DNA from: a virus
Taxonomy: Duplodnaviria; Heunggongvirae; Uroviricota; Caudoviricetes
Length of the DNA stretch: 22,448 nucleotides
Strand: one strand, 5' to 3'
Virus record (IMG/VR): IMGVR_UViG_2562617113_000013
The position numbers were made by a program, and so were the translations under genes. Below, piece after piece: positions 18,479 through 22,448 of this stretch (position 1 is its first letter; each line of letters starts with the position of its first letter). The notes beneath the pieces are model-generated. The model worked only from the letters and a program-made list of their open reading frames with translations, had not been told where the DNA came from and did not search any database.

Positions 18479-18717
18479 TAGTGGATCTCCTGCGCTTCGT
18501 TCTGGATTGCTTCAGCAGTCACACGAAGCAGTTCTGCCGCTTCGACGTGGGTTAGCTGGCGGGATGTGATATGACACGCCAGGCTATCAAGGCGAGCTGC
18601 CATTGCTTCAGCCCTTGCCCGGCGTTCTTCCAGACGAGCCTCTGTCAGTAAAATATTAAGCCCTGCGTCATCCGGTCCGGTTTTGGTCGAGAGGGTTTCA
18701 ATATTACGCATAATCAA
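18478..18717 (-). CDS. Hypothetical early protein
   Basis: 79 aa ORF, helical/Ala-Glu-rich, in the early operon; no recognisable motif. Confidence 0.5.
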   Translation of the reverse strand: MIMRNIETLSTKTGPDDAGLNILLTEARLEERRARAEAMAARLDSLACHITSRQLTHVEAAELLRVTAEAIQNEAQEIH

Positions 18718-18778
18718 TTCTCCTGAATTTAGATAAAGGGATGCCCGGCGGGTTTACGCCATTAATTTCATTGGTTGG

Positions 18779-19120
18779 TTAATTCGGCATGGTTAGCCGT
18801 CTGGGAAATAAGCTCACCACTGCACGAAAATGATTCATTGCTTTAATCAACTCCCGCTTTTCGTCAGTGGTCAGCTCATTAATGCTGATGCTATGACGTT
18901 CAGCTGGAATTTTTGCCATAAAGAATATGGCAGCCAGTGCCCGTTTATTTTGTTCGTTATTGATATCCCGTGGATCACGCATATCTTTAATAAACCGCTC
19001 AAGCTCTGACTCAATATTCAGGCCAAATACTTTCGCCCTTAATTCCGCAATGTGATTAAGTCCATTCAGGCGTTCTCCGGGGCTTAATGGAACAGTCGCC
19101 GCAGCGCCATTAATTGCCAT
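18779..19120 (-). CDS. Hypothetical early protein
   Basis: 113 aa ORF in early operon; no recognisable motif. Confidence 0.5.
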   Translation of the reverse strand: MAINGAAATVPLSPGERLNGLNHIAELRAKVFGLNIESELERFIKDMRDPRDINNEQNKRALAAIFFMAKIPAERHSISINELTTDEKRELIKAMNHFRAVVSLFPRRLTMPN

Positions 19121-19142
19121 ACTTCATATCCCCCAAACGCAC

Positions 19143-19367
19143 CTATCGTTCTTTGTTCTTACGGTAACGCTCAAGGGGAGATACATTTTTTCGTACCGTC
19201 TCTTTAACCTGCTCTCCCCGTAAAAACGTCCCATCCTTTAGCGTGAAAAAGTAACTGCCATCGCCCGACAACGACGGATAACAACAGAGCAAATCATCTT
19301 CAGGTACTGAATAACTCTCCCCTCTGTAACAAAACTGATAAACCACTTCACTTTCCACTGCATACAT
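19143..19367 (-). CDS. Hypothetical early protein (Cys-containing, 74 aa)
   Basis: 74 aa ORF with plausible RBS (GGAGAAAG); overlaps the ORF below in another frame. Confidence 0.45.
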   Translation of the reverse strand: MYAVESEVVYQFCYRGESYSVPEDDLLCCYPSLSGDGSYFFTLKDGTFLRGEQVKETVRKNVSPLERYRKNKER

Positions 19368-19534
19368 TTTGACTTTCTCCGTTTCCTCGTGGTCAATTCA
19401 GACAGCAATTCATCTTGTGAATGACATGGATGCCAGCGTTTTCCATCCTCACCCATGATCCAGCCGTGACCGTAGTGCATTGCCGGGCTTTGCTTTACCA
19501 GCAGCGATGCAAATGATGGTTCTTTCGTCAGCAT
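19238..19534 (-). CDS. Hypothetical early protein; start and extent uncertain
   Basis: ORF 19238..19564; internal Met at 19534 with GAGGTG RBS just downstream of cII stop. The 3' 130 nt overlap the 74-aa ORF, so one of the two is probably shorter or not real. Confidence 0.3.
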   Translation of the reverse strand: MLTKEPSFASLLVKQSPAMHYGHGWIMGEDGKRWHPCHSQDELLSELTTRKRRKSKCMQWKVKWFISFVTEGRVIQYLKMICSVVIRRCRAMAVTFSR

Positions 19535-19541
19535 AAGCACC

Positions 19542-20057
19542 TCACAGCAAACCGAATGAAGCACCGAGTCCGGTCACGGTATCAACTGCACTCGCCATCG
19601 CAGGGTTAGCCTGTAAACGGGCCTGCAATGAAACAGCAGCCAACGCCATCAGTCGTGTTACAGAGTTAATGCTGCTGATAGCATCACGACGACCTGCACT
19701 GGTTTTTACATCGCCAGATACCGCACCTGCAGCAACACGCCCGATCTCTGCGGTTGCACTCATGACGTAATGTGGCAGTTTCTCTTTTGCCACCTCATTA
19801 ATCGGTACACATGGCAGACAATGAATCTGTGCCAGAAAACCATCTACCAGCGTTGAATCTTCAGTCAGATCGGTAAGCAGCCAGATTTCTGGTGCGGTTA
19901 ATAGATGAGGCTGAGCTGGGTTCAGCTTGTTCCGCAGAATCTGCACATTCATGCCTGCACGTTCTGCCAGTTGCACCAGATTGTGGCGCAGTGCAAATGC
20001 ACGACAGGCTTCATCAAAATGTGGATGTTTGGAAACTTGGTAATCAAACATGGTCAA
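19542..20057 (-). CDS. cII: CII-like lysogeny establishment activator (phage 186 CII type)
   Basis: 171 aa [47 protein letters not shown]... with HTH; matches my recollection of 186 CII in size, N-terminus and position after apl. Confidence 0.75.
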   Translation of the reverse strand: MTMFDYQVSKHPHFDEACRAFALRHNLVQLAERAGMNVQILRNKLNPAQPHLLTAPEIWLLTDLTEDSTLVDGFLAQIHCLPCVPINEVAKEKLPHYVMSATAEIGRVAAGAVSGDVKTSAGRRDAISSINSVTRLMALAAVSLQARLQANPAMASAVDTVTGLGASFGLL

Positions 20058-20083
20058 TGCCTCTGATGTATTTCAGAATCGAA

Positions 20084-20305
20084 CTAATTAAGGTTTAGAT
20101 TGCATTCTGAAAGCGCATCAACGGTCATGGCTGCTATGTTGATCATCACTTTTTCGCGTTTTTTATCTTTGCGCAAACGGTGACGGATAAGGCGTCCGTC
20201 AGCCAACATGTCATTGATGGTATCGATGGACAGCCCTGTCAGCTCGCTATAGCGCTCAATAGTCACATGAGGCGTGGTAAGAGTGATTGAAATGTTAGGT
20301 CTCAT
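20084..20305 (-). CDS. apl: Apl/Cox-type excisionase and lytic-switch repressor
   Basis: 73 aa small HTH protein ([23 protein letters not shown]), first gene of lytic operon, divergent from cI. Confidence 0.75.
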   Translation of the reverse strand: MRPNISITLTTPHVTIERYSELTGLSIDTINDMLADGRLIRHRLRKDKKREKVMINIAAMTVDALSECNLNLN

Positions 20306-20424
20306 GATGCAACATTCCTCGTTTAATGATGATTAATCAGGACGAATACGGATCGTTTGTATTTTGTGAACACCATAAACATACGATCGCACAATGAAAT
20401 CGTCAAGATAAAAGTTCACTTGGA
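20306..20424. promoter_or_regulatory. Immunity switch region (lytic and lysogenic promoters/operators)
   Basis: Intergenic region between apl and cI. Minus-strand candidate lytic promoter: -35 TTGACG (20401..20406), 17-bp spacer, -10 TATGTT (20378..20383). Contains two copies of ATACG(G)ATCG (about 20346 and 20381), each with a GATC. Confidence 0.55.
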
Positions 20425-21000
20425 GTGACCATGAATTTGGAGAAAGGCGGACGAGGCGCTATAGAGCGCATGGTAGAAGCTTATGGATTCAAAACTCGAC
20501 AGGCGTTGTGCGATCATTTAGGAATCTCTAAAAGTACACTCGCCACACGCTACATGCGTGACTCATTCCCAGCAGAATGGGTAATCCAGTGCGCCCTTGA
20601 AACGGGCACCTCGCTTAATTGGCTCACAACCGGACATGGTTCAAAGCAAACTTCAGGTAATACAAATACTATGGAAGTTGCTAAATATGTATTATCTGAT
20701 GGTGCCTTGCGTGAAGACGGTTTTTATATTTTTGATAAGGGATTTCTACCCTCTACGTTTAAAAAACCTTTTGTCATCACAGATAACAATTCTGAATTTA
20801 TTTGTGATAAAGAATTTGATGATATACGTGATGGTAAATGGGTAATAAGTATTGATGGCGAAGTAACGATCCGTGACATTACTCGTTTACCCGGTGGAAG
20901 AATCTTCGTCGAGGGTGGAAACAGAGCCTTCGAATGTAAGATAGAAGACATTGAAATAATTGGTAAAATTATAAGTTTAACAGTCAAATATGTTAAATAG
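20425..21000 (+). CDS. cI: CI immunity repressor (186 CI type)
   Basis: 191 aa; N-terminal HTH (RQALCDHLGISKSTLATRYMRDS), size and position as 186 CI, upstream of int on the same strand. Confidence 0.8.
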   Translation: MTMNLEKGGRGAIERMVEAYGFKTRQALCDHLGISKSTLATRYMRDSFPAEWVIQCALETGTSLNWLTTGHGSKQTSGNTNTMEVAKYVLSDGALREDGFYIFDKGFLPSTFKKPFVITDNNSEFICDKEFDDIRDGKWVISIDGEVTIRDITRLPGGRIFVEGGNRAFECKIEDIEIIGKIISLTVKYVK

Positions 21001-21015
21001 TACCGGGAGGAAACT

Positions 21016-21207
21016 ATGCTTGGTAAGGTATTTTTTGTGGTTTTGTCATGTTCTTTGTTATTAAACCCACTAACTACCTATGCTAGAAATTATCCCTGCT
21101 CAGGGAAAAAGGGAGGTGTTTCTCACTGTACCTCAGATGGCAAATTCGTTTGCAATGATGGAACTATTAGTAAATCCAAAAAAATCTGTACTAAAAACTC
21201 ACGATAA
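21016..21207 (+). CDS. Small secreted Cys-containing peptide (cargo gene in lysogenic transcript)
   Basis: 63 aa; strong RBS GGGAGGAA 6 nt upstream; N-terminal signal peptide ([23 protein letters not shown]), basic mature part of about 40 aa with 4 Cys; A/T-rich. Confidence 0.55.
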   Translation: MLGKVFFVVLSCSLLLNPLTTYARNYPCSGKKGGVSHCTSDGKFVCNDGTISKSKKICTKNSR

Positions 21208-21395
21208 CTTTTGCTTTTATATCTGCGTCTAAAATAAAAATGAGCCGCAGGTTAACCGCAAAAGTTACATGCTCACATAGCAAAAAGAATAGCCAACTTC
21301 ATTATGGCTTCAGTGAGATGTATGGTCGTAGGATTTCATACATTGACACTGGTTATACATACAGTAAAAATGCTCTCTACTGGAGGGCATTTTTT

Positions 21396-22448
21396 ATGGC
21401 AGTACGAAAACTCACCACAGGGAAATGGCTTTGCGAATGTTACCCCGCCGGACGAAGTGGGCGTCGTGTGCGTAAACAATTCGCCACCAAAGGCGAAGCT
21501 CTGGCTTTTGAGCGTCACACTATGGAAGAAACCGAATCAAAGCCATGGCTGGGCGAATCAGTGGATCGTCGAACCCTGAAAGACGTGGTTGAGCTATGGT
21601 TCAAACTACATGGTAAATCTCTGACTGCTGGGCAGCATGTCTATGACAAATTGCTGCTGATGGTTGACGCTCTGGGCAATCCTCTTGCAACCGATCTCAC
21701 CTCTAAAATGTTTGCCCACTATCGAGATAAACGCCTGACAGGCGAGATCTACTTCAGCGAGAAATGGAAGAAAGGAGCAAGCCCGGTCACCATTAACCTG
21801 GAGCAAAGCTATCTAAGTAGTGTTTTTAGCGAACTATCCCGTCTGGGCGAATGGTCGTATCCGAACCCACTGGAGAACATGCGAAAATTCACCATCGCAG
21901 AAAAAGAGATGGCATGGCTTACCCATGAGCAGATTGTTGAATTACTGGCTGATTGCAAACGTCAGGACCCAATTCTAGCACTGGTAGTTAAGATATGCTT
22001 AAGCACAGGCGCACGCTGGCGAGAAGCCGTAAATCTTACTCGTTCACAGGTGACCAAATACCGAATTACCTTTGTAAGAACGAAGGGGAAGAAAAACAGA
22101 AGTATCCCTATCAGTAAAGAGCTTTACGAAGAGATCATGGCGCTTGATGGGTTCAATTTCTTCACAGACTGCTATTTTCAATTTTTATCCGTGATGGAAA
22201 AAACGTCTATCGTGCTCCCTCGCGGTCAACTCACACACGTTCTGCGCCATACGTTTGCGGCGCACTTCATGATGTCGGGTGGAAACATTCTGGCCTTACA
22301 AAAAATTCTCGGACACCACGATATAAAAATGACTATGCGTTACGCACATCTGGCACCGGATCATCTGGAAACGGCGCTCCGTTTCAATCCTCTGGCAACG
22401 CTGCCAAGTGGCGACAAAGTGGCGGCAGCGGTTGGCATTACCCCGTAA
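21396..22448 (+). CDS. int: Tyrosine integrase (P2/186 family)
   Basis: ORF track 21240..22448; start preferred at Met 21396 (MAVRKLTTGKWLCECYPAGRSGRRVRKQF, the typical P2-family integrase N-terminus, GGAGGG RBS upstream). Catalytic motifs TGARWREA, HVLRHTFA, RYAHL. Stop is the last codon of the window, so att is outside. Confidence 0.9.
   Translation: MAVRKLTTGKWLCECYPAGRSGRRVRKQFATKGEALAFERHTMEETESKPWLGESVDRRTLKDVVELWFKLHGKSLTAGQHVYDKLLLMVDALGNPLATDLTSKMFAHYRDKRLTGEIYFSEKWKKGASPVTINLEQSYLSSVFSELSRLGEWSYPNPLENMRKFTIAEKEMAWLTHEQIVELLADCKRQDPILALVVKICLSTGARWREAVNLTRSQVTKYRITFVRTKGKKNRSIPISKELYEEIMALDGFNFFTDCYFQFLSVMEKTSIVLPRGQLTHVLRHTFAAHFMMSGGNILALQKILGHHDIKMTMRYAHLAPDHLETALRFNPLATLPSGDKVAAAVGITP

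Noticed and set aside
20597-20845. 82-aa plus-strand ORF
   Set aside because: Out-of-frame overlap inside cI; A/T-rich frame artefact.
21240-21395. N-terminal 52-codon extension of the integrase ORF
   Set aside because: The conserved integrase N-terminus starts at the Met at 21396, which has its own RBS; the extension would overlap the small secreted-peptide gene region and has no counterpart in P2-family integrases.
1-22448. CRISPR arrays, tRNA/rRNA genes, IS elements or att core
   Set aside because: No regularly spaced short direct repeats, no tRNA-like cloverleaf stretches and no transposase-like ORFs were seen. The att site is expected just beyond the integrase stop at the right edge, outside this window.

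Overview
The window is one continuous stretch of a P2/186-family (Peduovirus-like) temperate prophage from an enterobacterial-type host, with the integrase at the right edge. Left to right: the 5' part of tail-fibre gene H (minus strand, runs off the window), baseplate genes I-J-W-V, tail completion S-R, the lysis cassette (lysB, lysA, K, Y), X, head genes L-M-N-O, a divergent late-promoter region, terminase ATPase P, an extra terminase-ATPase-like ORF, portal Q, a terminator and candidate cos site, an A/T-rich SIR2-like cargo gene, a LexA-box-controlled tum/dinI-like operon, replication gene A, dam, a TraR-like zinc finger and small early ORFs, cII, apl, the switch region, cI, a small secreted-peptide gene and the tyrosine integrase. 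The early/immunity region looks like coliphage 186 rather than P2. All homology calls are from reading the translations against remembered family features; no database search was run. Two loci are not explained by the canonical gene map: a standalone SIR2-like gene between cos and the tum operon (candidate anti-phage NADase), and a probably catalytically dead paralog of the terminase ATPase domain translationally coupled between P and Q.
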